A stretch of DNA of 61,181 nt, counting the filler. It is 4 parts of 4 records of this genome, joined end to end, with 100 filler letters (N's around TTAATTAATTAA, not from the genome) between each part and the next. Parts side by side here need not be neighbours in the genome. Positions count along the whole stretch, not along the records: positions 22,923 to 38,997 come from SRR20825019_1631; positions 39,098 to 55,743 come from SRR20825019_1632; 2 more parts are not named here. One strand, 5' to 3'. Positions 34,449 through 43,455 of this stretch are shown here, piece by piece. Both the position numbers and the translations under genes were made by a program. The notes beneath the pieces were generated by a model. It saw only the letters and a list, made by a program, of their open reading frames with translations. It ran no database searches and was not told the DNA's origin. Position 1 is the stretch's first letter. Every line of letters begins with the position of its first letter.

Positions 34449-35030
34449 TCAGATATTGCGTTGGCCAGAGCGAACCGCACGCGCCAGCATGGCCGTGATC
34501 TGGCCTTCACTGCGTTGAAAACTGGTGGCATCCTGTGCGGTCACATTGAAGACAATCTTCGGCCCGCCACTGCCGCCGGATGCGGCAACGCCCAACCGCC
34601 CGTCAGCCCCGCGTTTCAATGGCAGGATCGCTTCGCTTCCCGCCTCGCCCATCAGGCCAAGACCACCGGCCATGGGAAAATATGTCGGGCTGGAAACCAC
34701 GCCGCCGGAAGCAAATGGCGTAACCCGTCCCGGCACACCACCTTTTGCATGAGCGAAAACGCTGATCAGTCCCTCCGTCAATGAGCCGATCTGTCCGGAA
34801 ATGGCCTTTTCCAGTGGATTGAGCGCAGCGTTTAATGCGATTTCGCTCAAGCGACGCCCCAGATCATTCAGGACGGCCTGAAGTCCTTTCCCGCTCAAGG
34901 TTGCATCTTTCAGTGCACCCGTCAGCGACGATGCAAACCGGTCGGATTGCGCCTGCAAATCGACCAGAACATCGTAAAGTGCTGTGGCACTTTCCGTTGT
35001 TTCGTAAAAGTCGGTCTCGTCACCTGCCAT
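34449..35030 (-). CDS. GTA tail tape measure protein (g11)
   Basis: PFASGGVVSSPTYFP, GLMGEAGSEAILPL, SFQRSEGQITAMLARAV; AGGAGG RBS before the ATG at 35030. Confidence 0.92.
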   Translation of the reverse strand: MAGDETDFYETTESATALYDVLVDLQAQSDRFASSLTGALKDATLSGKGLQAVLNDLGRRLSEIALNAALNPLEKAISGQIGSLTEGLISVFAHAKGGVPGRVTPFASGGVVSSPTYFPMAGGLGLMGEAGSEAILPLKRGADGRLGVAASGGSGGPKIVFNVTAQDATSFQRSEGQITAMLARAVRSGQRNI

Positions 35031-35268
35031 GATCAGGCCTCCTGTCATCATCTGGAAAACGCATCATCAGTTCGGTAAACAATTCCCGGCTCGGATAAGC
35101 AGTATCGGACGCAAAATGTCCGGCCATCGCGGCAAACTCGACAGGAGAAAGAGACCAGAACCGTTCGGAAGGAAGCCGCAGCTGGCAAAGCCCTGTATGC
35201 AGCACTGCGCGCCAGGGGAAAGGCGCAGCACCGGGAGGATCAGGGCTTGCCGCTGCGGCTAGGAAGGG
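35020..35268 (-). CDS. GTA tail assembly chaperone C-terminal part (g10.1), probably reached by -1 frameshift
   Basis: The -1 frame encodes ...AAAASPDPPGAAPFPWRAVLHTGLCQLRLPSERFWSLSPVEF...LMMRFPD; there is no ATG/GTG/TTG upstream of the FPW motif. Confidence 0.75.
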   Translation of the reverse strand, partial: PFLAAAASPDPPGAAPFPWRAVLHTGLCQLRLPSERFWSLSPVEFAAMAGHFASDTAYPSRELFTELMMRFPDDDRRPDHGR

Positions 35269-35675
35269 TCCGCCGTGCGCTCCGCTTTTTCAGCAGGCGC
35301 AACATCCCTTCCATTGCCAGAGCCTTCACCGGTGCCAGAGCTTTCACCGGTGAATGTGACCTGCAACAGTTCTGCGACCAGCCGGGCATAGGCGGCAACT
35401 CCGCCATCCAGACACATGGCCGCGACGTCCTCATCCTCAAAAGCGTTTCCACCGCCGCGAAGACCGACCGCAACAATGATGATCAAATCGCGCGCTTTCA
35501 GCTTTCCGGATGAAAGTCTGGCCCCCAGATCGGCAAGCCCATCGGCCCCAAAAGCCGTTTCAAGCTCGGCAAGCGCGCCCAGTGTCAGGCACAAAATACG
35601 GCGCTCACCGTCAAAAACGGCTTCGACTTCACCACGATGACGGTTGGCGCGGCGGCCACGTGTAACTTCAATCAT
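35259..35675 (-). CDS. GTA tail assembly chaperone (g10)
   Basis: ANRHRGEVEA...LCLTLGALAELETAFG...GLRGGG. Confidence 0.92.
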   Translation of the reverse strand: MIEVTRGRRANRHRGEVEAVFDGERRILCLTLGALAELETAFGADGLADLGARLSSGKLKARDLIIIVAVGLRGGGNAFEDEDVAAMCLDGGVAAYARLVAELLQVTFTGESSGTGEGSGNGRDVAPAEKAERTADPS

Positions 35676-36082
35676 ATCGTCGCTCCAAAACTGATCACAC
35701 CTGCCGATTCAAGCGTCAGGTCAAACGTCACCTCGCCGTTATGCTGGCCGGAATACTCCAGCGCCGTCATCAGGAACGGCCCCGTCAGGGTTCCGAAGTC
35801 GGGAATGATGATCTGCACATCCACAAGCGCACCGGCGAAAAATGCGGCGCGAACCGTTTCATCCGATGCCTGGTCTTTGAAGAGACCTGAGCCAGTCAGC
35901 CCGCAACGCTGGATACCCGCCCCGCCTAAAAGCTCTCGCCAGCGTCCTGCGCTTTCGGAATCGGTGATGTCGACACTTTCTGCGTTGAATGCCAGTTGTT
36001 TTGTCCGCAGCCCCGCCACAGTTTCGTAAATGCTGCCATTGTGCAGCTTCAACAGCATGTCTTTGCCTTTTTGGGCAGTCAT
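35672..36082 (-). CDS. GTA major tail tube protein (g9; TP901-1 family)
   Basis: MTAQKGKDMLLK...VAGLRT...VDITDSESAGRWRELL...IIPDFGTLTGPF. Confidence 0.95.
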   Translation of the reverse strand: MTAQKGKDMLLKLHNGSIYETVAGLRTKQLAFNAESVDITDSESAGRWRELLGGAGIQRCGLTGSGLFKDQASDETVRAAFFAGALVDVQIIIPDFGTLTGPFLMTALEYSGQHNGEVTFDLTLESAGVISFGATI

Positions 36083-36137
36083 GAAACTCTCCGTGAAAAA
36101 CACGCCGCACGGCGTCTGTTTGATGTTGAGAAAGGTG

Positions 36138-36545
36138 TCAGGCCGGCTCGGTCACCGCACGAAACTGTACTTCGGCCCGGAAATATCCGGTTTTGGCCAC
36201 GCGCCGGACACGCGTTGCCCGGTGGCGCAGGTTCACCAGAACTGCTGCGTCCAATGTCAGATCGGCATCGTGAAGCAGAGCGCGCACGCAAGCGTCAATT
36301 GCATTGACAACCTGTCGGCCATGCGCATCCGACCAGATTTCAACGGTGAACAAATGTTCCTCACCCGCTGCTACATCGGTGGAATAATCGCGGCTCAGGC
36401 ATTCACCGAAAACAATGCCTGGAAGGCTGGGTCGCGGCAAAAGCCGGTCGCAAATGCCGTTGCTGCCAATCAGTCCGATCAATTCACTGTCATTGGAAAG
36501 ACGGGCGTAAATCGCGGCAAGCAAGACGTTTTGTGAAGATGTCAT
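36138..36545 (-). CDS. GTA tail terminator (g8; DUF3168)
   Basis: LLAAIYARLSND, GEEHLFTVEIWS, LVNLRH, FRAVTEP; position in cluster. Confidence 0.9.
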   Translation of the reverse strand: MTSSQNVLLAAIYARLSNDSELIGLIGSNGICDRLLPRPSLPGIVFGECLSRDYSTDVAAGEEHLFTVEIWSDAHGRQVVNAIDACVRALLHDADLTLDAAVLVNLRHRATRVRRVAKTGYFRAEVQFRAVTEPA

Positions 36546-36877
36546 CCCCCCACCTCCTCGCAACGGCATACCGTGTAGCGCCTCGTCTCGTCGGGATCCC
36601 GCCAGCCATTGATCCTGAAGATACGCGCACCGCGTAAAAATCGCATTCCGCTTTCAAGATCGGTGCGATAATGAAGCCAGACTTCATGGGTTGACCGGAA
36701 CACCTCGCCATTGGCTTCTTCGGTGACAGTCAGCGCCAGCGGCTTGATATGTGCCCAGACATTGGCAACCAGTGCCCAGTCAAGAGCCACGCCACCTTGC
36801 CCATCCTGCGTTTCCACGTGGCGTTCAAGGGTAAGCCGGAAGGGAAATGCTCCTGGATCGAGTGCCTGAACCGCCAT
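36542..36877 (-). CDS. GTA head closure/stopper protein (g7)
   Basis: DGQGG...VWAHIKP...GMRFLRGARIFRI...DPDETRRY; position in cluster. Confidence 0.9.
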   Translation of the reverse strand: MAVQALDPGAFPFRLTLERHVETQDGQGGVALDWALVANVWAHIKPLALTVTEEANGEVFRSTHEVWLHYRTDLESGMRFLRGARIFRINGWRDPDETRRYTVCRCEEVGG

Positions 36878-37443
36878 TACAGCCTCCAGGTTTTCAAAGG
36901 TGCGATCAGGCGTTCATATCCTTCGGGCACACCGGCGGGTTGCTGGTCCGGCCCCACAGCCCCGCGAAACACAAACATATGCGCCACATGGCGCAGAATG
37001 GCTTGCTTTGCCGCAGTCGGCACTTCCGCAGCAGCTCCGTAACCGGTGGTAAAATTCACCTCGATACCGTTCAAGCCACCTGTACAGCTTGCAACCTCGC
37101 GCAGATAAAACCGTGCAGGCCGGGCCTCTCCGTCCAGACGGGCAGCAGAAAGATCGACAGCCACAGCTGTTCCCGCGCTGTCATAGGCGCTTACATTGTC
37201 AACCGACTGGACCGGGCCATGAGCAAGAGTGATCAGGCCGCTTCGCGGCCAGTCATCGCGGTAAAGCCGCCAGCTTTGCGTCACCAGTGAAAGCCCGGTC
37301 ACGGTTTCGAGATACTCACGCGCCGTTACGATCAGTCCGGTCACCAGATCATCTTCATCGTTGCCGTCCAAGCGCATAAAAGCTTTGGCGTCCTCAAGCG
37401 AAACCGGCTCCTCGACGGGCGGCGTTATTCGCACATAAGTCAT
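36877..37443 (-). CDS. GTA head-tail adaptor (g6)
   Basis: PVEEPVSLEDAKAFMRLD, QSWRLYRDDWP, LNGIEVNFTTGYG. Confidence 0.92.
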   Translation of the reverse strand: MTYVRITPPVEEPVSLEDAKAFMRLDGNDEDDLVTGLIVTAREYLETVTGLSLVTQSWRLYRDDWPRSGLITLAHGPVQSVDNVSAYDSAGTAVAVDLSAARLDGEARPARFYLREVASCTGGLNGIEVNFTTGYGAAAEVPTAAKQAILRHVAHMFVFRGAVGPDQQPAGVPEGYERLIAPLKTWRL

Positions 37444-37467
37444 TCCTCAAAATCCCTCTGGCAAATC

Positions 37468-37496
37468 AAAAAGCCCCGGCGCAATGCACCGGGGCC
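37468..37496 (-). terminator. Intrinsic terminator after the major capsid gene
   Basis: GCCCCGG...CCGGGGC stem followed by TTTTT on the minus strand. Confidence 0.75.
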
Positions 37497-37530
37497 ATAT
37501 TGGCGAACCCTCATGGGGACTCGCCTGCGA

Positions 37531-38799
37531 TCAGATTTCGCCGAACTTGATCAGCTTGATTGCCTCAAAGTTCTGCACCCCGCCACCGACACGCTTGGTC
37601 GTGTAGAACAGCACATACGGCTTGGCCGAGTAAGGGTCGCGCAACACACGCACACCAGCGCGATCGACCACGAGGTAGCCGGCAGCGAAATCACCAAAGG
37701 CAATCGACATGGAATCCGTGCCGATATCCGGCATATCCTCGGCTTCGCTCACCGGAAAGCCCATCAGTGAGGCTGGCTGGCCGACACCTGCAGGCGGCTG
37801 CCAAAGATAGTTTCCATCCCCATCCTTGAACTTGCGGACAAGGCCTTGCGTTTTCCGGTTCATCAGGAAGTGAGCATTTTGCCGATGCCCGGCCTTCAGC
37901 GCATAGATCGTCTCGATCAGAGTGTCAGATGGATCGGCGGCAGCGAAACCACCATCGACACCGGTGGCGATATGACCGAGCTTGCCCCACTCCCAGGACG
38001 CATCGGCGACCGTGGTATAGCTCAAAATGCCCTTCGGCGTGGCTGCGGTATTGCCGTTGATAAAGGCAGTCCCTTCCTGCTCGGCAAAGGCAGTGTCGAT
38101 TTCACTGGCAATCCAGCTTTCCACATCGACGGCAGCATCTTCCAGTAGCGAGGCGCTGGCCGCCGGCATGGCGTAAAGCTCCATGGTCGGGAAGGTCAGC
38201 TCGGAGATTTCCGGTGCGGTTGTTTCCGGCCGGGCCGACGTTTCGCCCACCCATCCGGCTTCAAAACCGGAGGCAATGAACGGCTTTTTCAGCACGGCAC
38301 CGGAAACCTGACGCACGGTTGCCAGAGCACGGATCGGTGATACTGCCGCCAGACGTCGACCGATTTCGGTATCGGTTTCATCCGGAACCAGATAGCCGCC
38401 ATCGCCATCGGTTGCACCGCTGATCGCCTTTGCCTCAAGGGAGCGAAGGCCATGTTCGTCGCCACGGCGAATATAGTTCTCAAACGCCGCCTTGTGTTCG
38501 CTCACGCTAAGACCGGATGCACGTCCCAGCGCCGGACGGGCTTTCTTCAGCTGCATCTCGTCGATCAGGCGTGTCTGTGCATCCATGGCACGATTGATAC
38601 GATCAACCTTTTCACGGGTGATCACATCTTCGCCTGTCTTGCTCTCGAGTTCGCCCAACCGTCGATCATTGGCATCCTTGAAGGCCTCAAAGCTCGACAT
38701 GAATTCTTCGAACGCTTGATGGATTGTCTCCGGCCCGGACTTGATTTCCGGCGCCTGCTGCATCGAAACTATGGTCACGATGATAACCTCTCTTGTCAC
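37531..38799 (-). CDS. GTA HK97-fold major capsid protein (g5)
   Basis: DGGYLVP, ELYAMPAAS, YLWQP, VLRDPYSAKPYVLFYTTKRVGGGV; GTG start uncertain (alternative ATG at 38763). Confidence 0.96.
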   Translation of the reverse strand: MTREVIIVTIVSMQQAPEIKSGPETIHQAFEEFMSSFEAFKDANDRRLGELESKTGEDVITREKVDRINRAMDAQTRLIDEMQLKKARPALGRASGLSVSEHKAAFENYIRRGDEHGLRSLEAKAISGATDGDGGYLVPDETDTEIGRRLAAVSPIRALATVRQVSGAVLKKPFIASGFEAGWVGETSARPETTAPEISELTFPTMELYAMPAASASLLEDAAVDVESWIASEIDTAFAEQEGTAFINGNTAATPKGILSYTTVADASWEWGKLGHIATGVDGGFAAADPSDTLIETIYALKAGHRQNAHFLMNRKTQGLVRKFKDGDGNYLWQPPAGVGQPASLMGFPVSEAEDMPDIGTDSMSIAFGDFAAGYLVVDRAGVRVLRDPYSAKPYVLFYTTKRVGGGVQNFEAIKLIKFGEI

Positions 38800-38822
38800 T
38801 GTTTATTCCTGGATGTCGCATT

Positions 38823-38996
38823 TCAGGACGTCATCAACCGCTCCGCCTGCCTTAAAAGCATCAGCAATCGCGCATCCTCCGTCACGCTGCCGCCGTCAGC
38901 CGCGTCCTGCCTGCCAACGAGGGCTTCATAGCCGCCGGTCAGAAACCGGCGGGCCGCCTTTCGGCTCAGGCCGGCATCCCGCGTCAGCCATCGCTC
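38823..38996 (-). CDS. GTA prohead protease (g4), C-terminal fragment
   Basis: ERWLTRDAGLSRKAARRFLTGGYEALVGRQDAA; directly upstream of the capsid gene; truncated by contig edge. Confidence 0.7.
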   Translation of the reverse strand, partial: ERWLTRDAGLSRKAARRFLTGGYEALVGRQDAADGGSVTEDARLLMLLRQAERLMTS

Positions 38997-38997
38997 G

Positions 38998-39097
38998 NNN
39001 NNNNNNNNNNNNNNNNNNNNNNNNNNNNNNNNNNNNNNNNNTTAATTAATTAANNNNNNNNNNNNNNNNNNNNNNNNNNNNNNNNNNNNNNNNNNNN
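38998..39097. other. Artificial contig linker
   Basis: N44-TTAATTAATTAA-N44. Confidence 0.99.
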
Positions 39098-39304
39098 ATA
39101 GCCGGTCAGGCCGAACAGGATGTTGAACCCGATGACAAGAATGCCAAAGATCACAAAGCGTTGCATCAGATCCGGGTAGCCCGCATTGAACATCTGCGCG
39201 AGGCTGGAGCCCTGCGGAAAGGGGTTCAGGATGAAGGGGGCCAGGGCCACCATCGCCAGAACCACCATGAACAGGGTAAAGTCTTTTTTGGTCAGTCCAA
39301 GCAT
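39098..39304 (-). CDS. LivM-type ABC permease, N-terminal fragment
   Basis: [12 protein letters not shown] motif; truncated by contig edge. Confidence 0.85.
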
Positions 39305-39307
39305 GTC

Positions 39308-40339
39308 TTACTCCTCCATCACGCCACGACGGCCCATCAGGCCACGCGGGCGGGCGAGAATGATGATGATCGCCACAACATAGATGATGATCTGGTCGAT
39401 ACCGGGCACGATCGCCTTGACCTGGTTCATCGAGGCGAAAGCTTCGAGGATGCCCAGCAGGAAACCGGCCAGCACCGCACCGGGCAATGAACCCATGCCG
39501 CCGACGACAACCACGACAAAGCTGAGCACCAGAAAATCCATACCCATGTGATAGTTGGGCGAGTTGATGGGCGCGTACATAACCCCCGCCAGCCCTGCCA
39601 CGGCGGCGGCAATGCCGAACATGATGGTAAAGCGGCGGTCGATGTTGATGCCCAGCAGGCCCACGGTTTCACGGTCCGCCATGCCTGCGCGCACCACCAT
39701 GCCGAAGGTGGTGAATTGCAGGAATGCAAAAACCGCACCGATGATGAGGGCAGCAAAGGCAAAATAGACCATGCGCCAGTAGGGGTAGATGATCGCATTG
39801 GGATCAAAGCCGATCAGCACCCCGAAATCGAAAGACCCCCGAAACGCCTCGGGCGCACCGGTGGGGATGGGGTTGGCGCCGTAGAACGCCTTGATCACTT
39901 CTTGCAGTACGATGGCCAGACCAAAGGTCACAAGGATCTGATCGGCATGGGGGCGTTTGTAGAAATGTTTGATCAGGCCGCGTTCCATGATGAAACCGAT
40001 GGCGACCATGATCGGAATGGCAAAGAGGATCGCCAGCGGCACCGACCAGTCGATCAGTGTCGCCCCGACCTCGGGGCCGAACCAGCTTTCGACATAAGGC
40101 GTGCTGATCTTGGCAGGATTTCCCAGGAAATCGGTCTTTGTCGGGTCCTCGACGATGGTGGACAGGTTCAGGATGCGCTGCAGGGTGACGGCGCAGAATG
40201 CGCCGATCATGAACAACGCCCCGTGGGCAAAATTGACCACACCCAGCGTGCCAAAGATCAGGGTCAGGCCAAGGGCGATCAATGCATATGCAGAGCCCTT
40301 GTCCAAACCGTTGAGAAATTGAAGGATTATCTGATCCAT
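39308..40339 (-). CDS. LivH-type ABC permease
   Basis: YALIALGLTLIFGTLGVVNFAHG, FVVVVVGGMGS. Confidence 0.92.
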   Translation of the reverse strand: MDQIILQFLNGLDKGSAYALIALGLTLIFGTLGVVNFAHGALFMIGAFCAVTLQRILNLSTIVEDPTKTDFLGNPAKISTPYVESWFGPEVGATLIDWSVPLAILFAIPIMVAIGFIMERGLIKHFYKRPHADQILVTFGLAIVLQEVIKAFYGANPIPTGAPEAFRGSFDFGVLIGFDPNAIIYPYWRMVYFAFAALIIGAVFAFLQFTTFGMVVRAGMADRETVGLLGINIDRRFTIMFGIAAAVAGLAGVMYAPINSPNYHMGMDFLVLSFVVVVVGGMGSLPGAVLAGFLLGILEAFASMNQVKAIVPGIDQIIIYVVAIIIILARPRGLMGRRGVMEE

Positions 40340-40368
40340 CGTCCCACTCGTTTGATTATACAGGAAAA

Positions 40369-40420
40369 CTGCCCTCTTGCGGGGCAGGGTGACGCGGGGC
40401 AGGCGGTTGCCCGCCCCGCG
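40369..40420 (-). promoter_or_regulatory. Tandem GC hairpins between binding-protein gene and permease
   Basis: CGCGGGGC...GCCCCGCG (40393-40420) and CTGCCC...GGGCAG (40369-40387); typical position for an mRNA-stabilising or attenuating stem. Confidence 0.55.
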
Positions 40421-40432
40421 CGTTGAGCGGTC

Positions 40433-41797
40433 TTAGGCGCCTGGGTTGCACGATCCCAGCGCACCGCCCGAGAACATCGGGTGATCGACGGGATAGGTAA
40501 CCTGCTCGGTCGGGGTGACTTCGACGATTTCCACGAGATCGAATTCGTTCTCGGGGTTCTCTTTGCCGCGCACAACGACAACGTCCTTGAAGCACTGGTG
40601 GTCACCGGCACGGTACAGGGTCGGGCCGTTGCCCAGACCGTCGAACTCAAAGCCTTCCAGGGCTTCGACAACGGCGCATGGGTTGAACGAACCGGCGCGT
40701 GTGACCGCGTCAGCATACAGCAGCGTCTGCGCATAGCAGGTCTGGGCCGCCTGGCTGGGCGGGAAGCCGTATTTTTCGCCGAAGGATTTGACGAAAGCGT
40801 TGGTGCCCGTGTAGCGGTCGCCTTTTTCGTTCTCCAGCTTCCAGTCCCAGTTCTGCGACCCGACGATACCGGCAATGTTCCTGCCCGCACCCTTGGCCAT
40901 CAGCTCGGAATAGAGCGGAACGACGATTTCAAAGTTCTTGCCGTTGGCTTGCTTTTCACGCAGGCCGAACTGAACGGCGTTGGTCAGCGAGTTGACCATG
41001 TTCCCACCGTAGTGGTTCAGAACCAGAACATCGGCACCCGAGTTCAGAACCGGCGCGATATAGGACGAGAAATCCGTGGCCGCCAGCGGCGTGCGCACCT
41101 TCTCGACGGTATCCCAACCCAATGCTTCGGTCGCGGCCGCAATCGATTCTTCCTGCGTCCAGCCCCATGTATAGTCGGCCGTCAGGTGATAGGCGCGGCG
41201 GTCCTTGCCATAAAGCTGCTCAAGCACGGGGGCGAGGGCGGCGGCGGACATATACGCGTTAAAGAAGTGGCGGAAGCCGTTGGCTTTCTTGTCTTTACCG
41301 GTGGTGTCGTTCGAGTGGGTCAGACCCGCCATGAAGATCACGCCAGCTTCCTGGCACAGACCCTGCACAGCCACGGCCACGCCCGAGGACGAGCCGCCCG
41401 AGATCATGATCGCGCCGTCTTTTTCGATCATCGACTTGGCCGATGCGCGCGCGGCGTCCGATTTGGTTTGCGTGTCGCCGGTGACGAAGTTGACCTTCTT
41501 GCCCAGGATACCCGTGCCGTCCAGAACCTTGGACGAGAAAGTGCTGAGCATCCCGCCGTCGCCTTCACCGTTCAGGTGTTCTACGGCCAGCTCGAATGCG
41601 CGCAGTTCGTCCGCGCCTTCATCGGCATAGGGGCCGGATTGGGGCACGTTAAAGCCCAGCGTGACCGTGTCGCCGGTCGGCGCGTTGGTAAAGCCTGCGT
41701 GGCTGGCCGCACTCAGATACGTCGGCAGCGCAAGGCCCGCCCCGGCGATTGTGCCGGTCTTGAGCACGCCGCGACGTGTAAAGTTCGAATTGGACAT
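40433..41797 (-). CDS. Liv-family ABC substrate-binding protein with Tat signal
   Basis: FTRRGVLK twin-arginine signal; GGGAGG RBS; periplasmic binding protein type I motifs (DYTWG, DFSSYI). Confidence 0.92.
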   Translation of the reverse strand: MSNSNFTRRGVLKTGTIAGAGLALPTYLSAASHAGFTNAPTGDTVTLGFNVPQSGPYADEGADELRAFELAVEHLNGEGDGGMLSTFSSKVLDGTGILGKKVNFVTGDTQTKSDAARASAKSMIEKDGAIMISGGSSSGVAVAVQGLCQEAGVIFMAGLTHSNDTTGKDKKANGFRHFFNAYMSAAALAPVLEQLYGKDRRAYHLTADYTWGWTQEESIAAATEALGWDTVEKVRTPLAATDFSSYIAPVLNSGADVLVLNHYGGNMVNSLTNAVQFGLREKQANGKNFEIVVPLYSELMAKGAGRNIAGIVGSQNWDWKLENEKGDRYTGTNAFVKSFGEKYGFPPSQAAQTCYAQTLLYADAVTRAGSFNPCAVVEALEGFEFDGLGNGPTLYRAGDHQCFKDVVVVRGKENPENEFDLVEIVEVTPTEQVTYPVDHPMFSGGALGSCNPGA

Positions 41798-41877
41798 GAA
41801 ATCCTCCCAGTTGTTGAATTGCGCCCCGCCGACTCCTCCGTCCGCACGCAGCGCATGCACCACGCCTGTTGATGCGC

Positions 41878-42007
41878 TGTGCAAATATGTTATCGCCTGC
41901 TTTTGGAAAACTTCGCAATAACCCCCTTGAAATTCACGATTATTTTGTAAACAAATGAACAGAAATTATTAACGTGATGTAAATATCCTTATGTCGCGTT
42001 GCAGAAA
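41878..42007. promoter_or_regulatory. Divergent promoter region with repeated TG(C/T)AAA-like boxes, putative ScfR/RamB operator
   Basis: AT-rich; TGTGCAAA, TTCGCAAT, TTTGTAAA, GATGTAAA and TTGCAGAA lie between the SBP gene and the regulator. Confidence 0.5.
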
Positions 42008-42042
42008 GCCCTTGATAAGGCGCAACAAAGAGATGGGGGCGG

Positions 42043-43338
42043 ATGATGAACAGGGACTCGTTGACTGGCAGCCGCATCCGCGAGCGGCGGGTGATCGCAG
42101 GTCTGAAACAGGCCGATCTGGCGCAACAGGCCGGTATCTCAGCCAGCTACCTCAACCTGATCGAGCACAATCGCCGCAGAATCGGCGGTAAACTGCTCTT
42201 GAACATTGCACATGTGCTGGGCGTCGAGCCGTCGGCGCTGACCGAAGGGGCCGAGGCCGCATTGATCGCGGCGCTGCGCGAGGCGGCCAATGATGGAGGG
42301 CTGGGCGTGGCCGAGGTCGAGCGGGTCGAGGAGTTCGCGGGCCGCTTTCCCGGCTGGGCCGAGGTGCTGGCCGGTGCGCACCGCCGGGTTTTGTCGTTGG
42401 AGCGCACGGTCGAGACGCTGAGCGACCGGCTGACCCACGATCCGCAGCTTGCGACCTCGATGCACGAAGTGTTGTCGACCGCCGCCGCGATCCGGTCGAC
42501 GGCGTCGATCCTGGCCGATGACACAGGCATTTCGCCCGACTGGCAGGCGCGGTTTCATGCCAACATTGATCAGGACAGCCGTCGTCTGGCCGACAGCGCC
42601 AAGGCCTTGGTGACCTATCTGGATGCGAACCCCCAAGAGACGGCCCATGTCTCGCCGCAGGAAGAGGTCGATGCCTTTCTCGAAGCGCATGGGCACAGCT
42701 TTGAGGACCTGGAGGCGGGCACGCAAACGGTTGACGCCGTGCTGGCCCGTGCCCCGCAACTGGTGTCGGTCGCGGCTCAGCATCTGGCGCGACAGGTTCT
42801 GGGTCAGATCGAGGCTGATGCCCGTGCGGTCAGCCGTGCGGCGCTGGCGGATGCGATCAAACAGATCGGCATTGATCCCGTGGCGCTGGCGCAGGAATTC
42901 GGCGTGTCGGTGGCGCGCATTCTGCGAAGGCTGGCAGCCCAACCGGGCACGCCGCGCGGGCTGGTTGTCTGTGACCGTGCGGGCAGCCTGGTGTTCCGCC
43001 GTCCAGTCGGAGGGTTCTCGATCCCGCGGTTCGGGGCCTGTTGCCCGCTTTGGCCGCTGTTTCAGGTCTTGCAGCACCCGGGGCAGGTGCTGCGCGAACG
43101 GGTTCAGCAGCAGGGCCGCAACGTGGCATCCTTTGACTGCTTTGCCGTGGCCGAGCCTGTGGGGCCAGCTCAATACAACGCGCCGCCCCTGGTGCATGCG
43201 ACCATGCTGATCCTGCCGGTCAACGCACCGGATCACGGCCAGAACGCGGGCCGCCCGGTCGGAGCCACCTGCCGCATCTGCCCGCGCGAGGCCTGCGCAG
43301 GCCGGCGCGAACCGTCGATCCTGAGCGCAGGCTTTTGA
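42043..43338 (+). CDS. XRE-family short-chain fatty acyl-CoA regulator (ScfR/RamB/PccR family)
   Basis: N-terminal HTH (GISASYLNLIEHNRRRI), CPLWPLF and C-terminal GATCRICPREACAGRREP Cys cluster. Confidence 0.9.
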   Translation: MMNRDSLTGSRIRERRVIAGLKQADLAQQAGISASYLNLIEHNRRRIGGKLLLNIAHVLGVEPSALTEGAEAALIAALREAANDGGLGVAEVERVEEFAGRFPGWAEVLAGAHRRVLSLERTVETLSDRLTHDPQLATSMHEVLSTAAAIRSTASILADDTGISPDWQARFHANIDQDSRRLADSAKALVTYLDANPQETAHVSPQEEVDAFLEAHGHSFEDLEAGTQTVDAVLARAPQLVSVAAQHLARQVLGQIEADARAVSRAALADAIKQIGIDPVALAQEFGVSVARILRRLAAQPGTPRGLVVCDRAGSLVFRRPVGGFSIPRFGACCPLWPLFQVLQHPGQVLRERVQQQGRNVASFDCFAVAEPVGPAQYNAPPLVHATMLILPVNAPDHGQNAGRPVGATCRICPREACAGRREPSILSAGF

Positions 43339-43455
43339 CAGGCCATGCTTTTCGATCAATAGTCTGTGAATAAGAGGAGCGCCGCGCGCAGCACTGCCGC
43401 GCGGCGACGTGGCACGAAAGTGCGACGGGGGCCGTTCGGGGAGGAATGGACACCA

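Larger units (their letters stand above)
28379..38997 (-). mobile_element. RcGTA-like gene transfer agent head-tail gene cluster (5' part missing)
   Basis: Canonical order protease-capsid-adaptor-stopper-terminator-tail tube-chaperones-tape measure-distal tail-hub-NlpC/P60-megatron; no integrase, replication or repressor genes in view; flanked by core feuNPQ-ccm genes. Confidence 0.92.

Noticed and set aside
28379-38997. Prophage
   Set aside because: Gene order and content match RcGTA-like clusters, with a short tape measure, core-gene flank and no integrase or replication genes in view.
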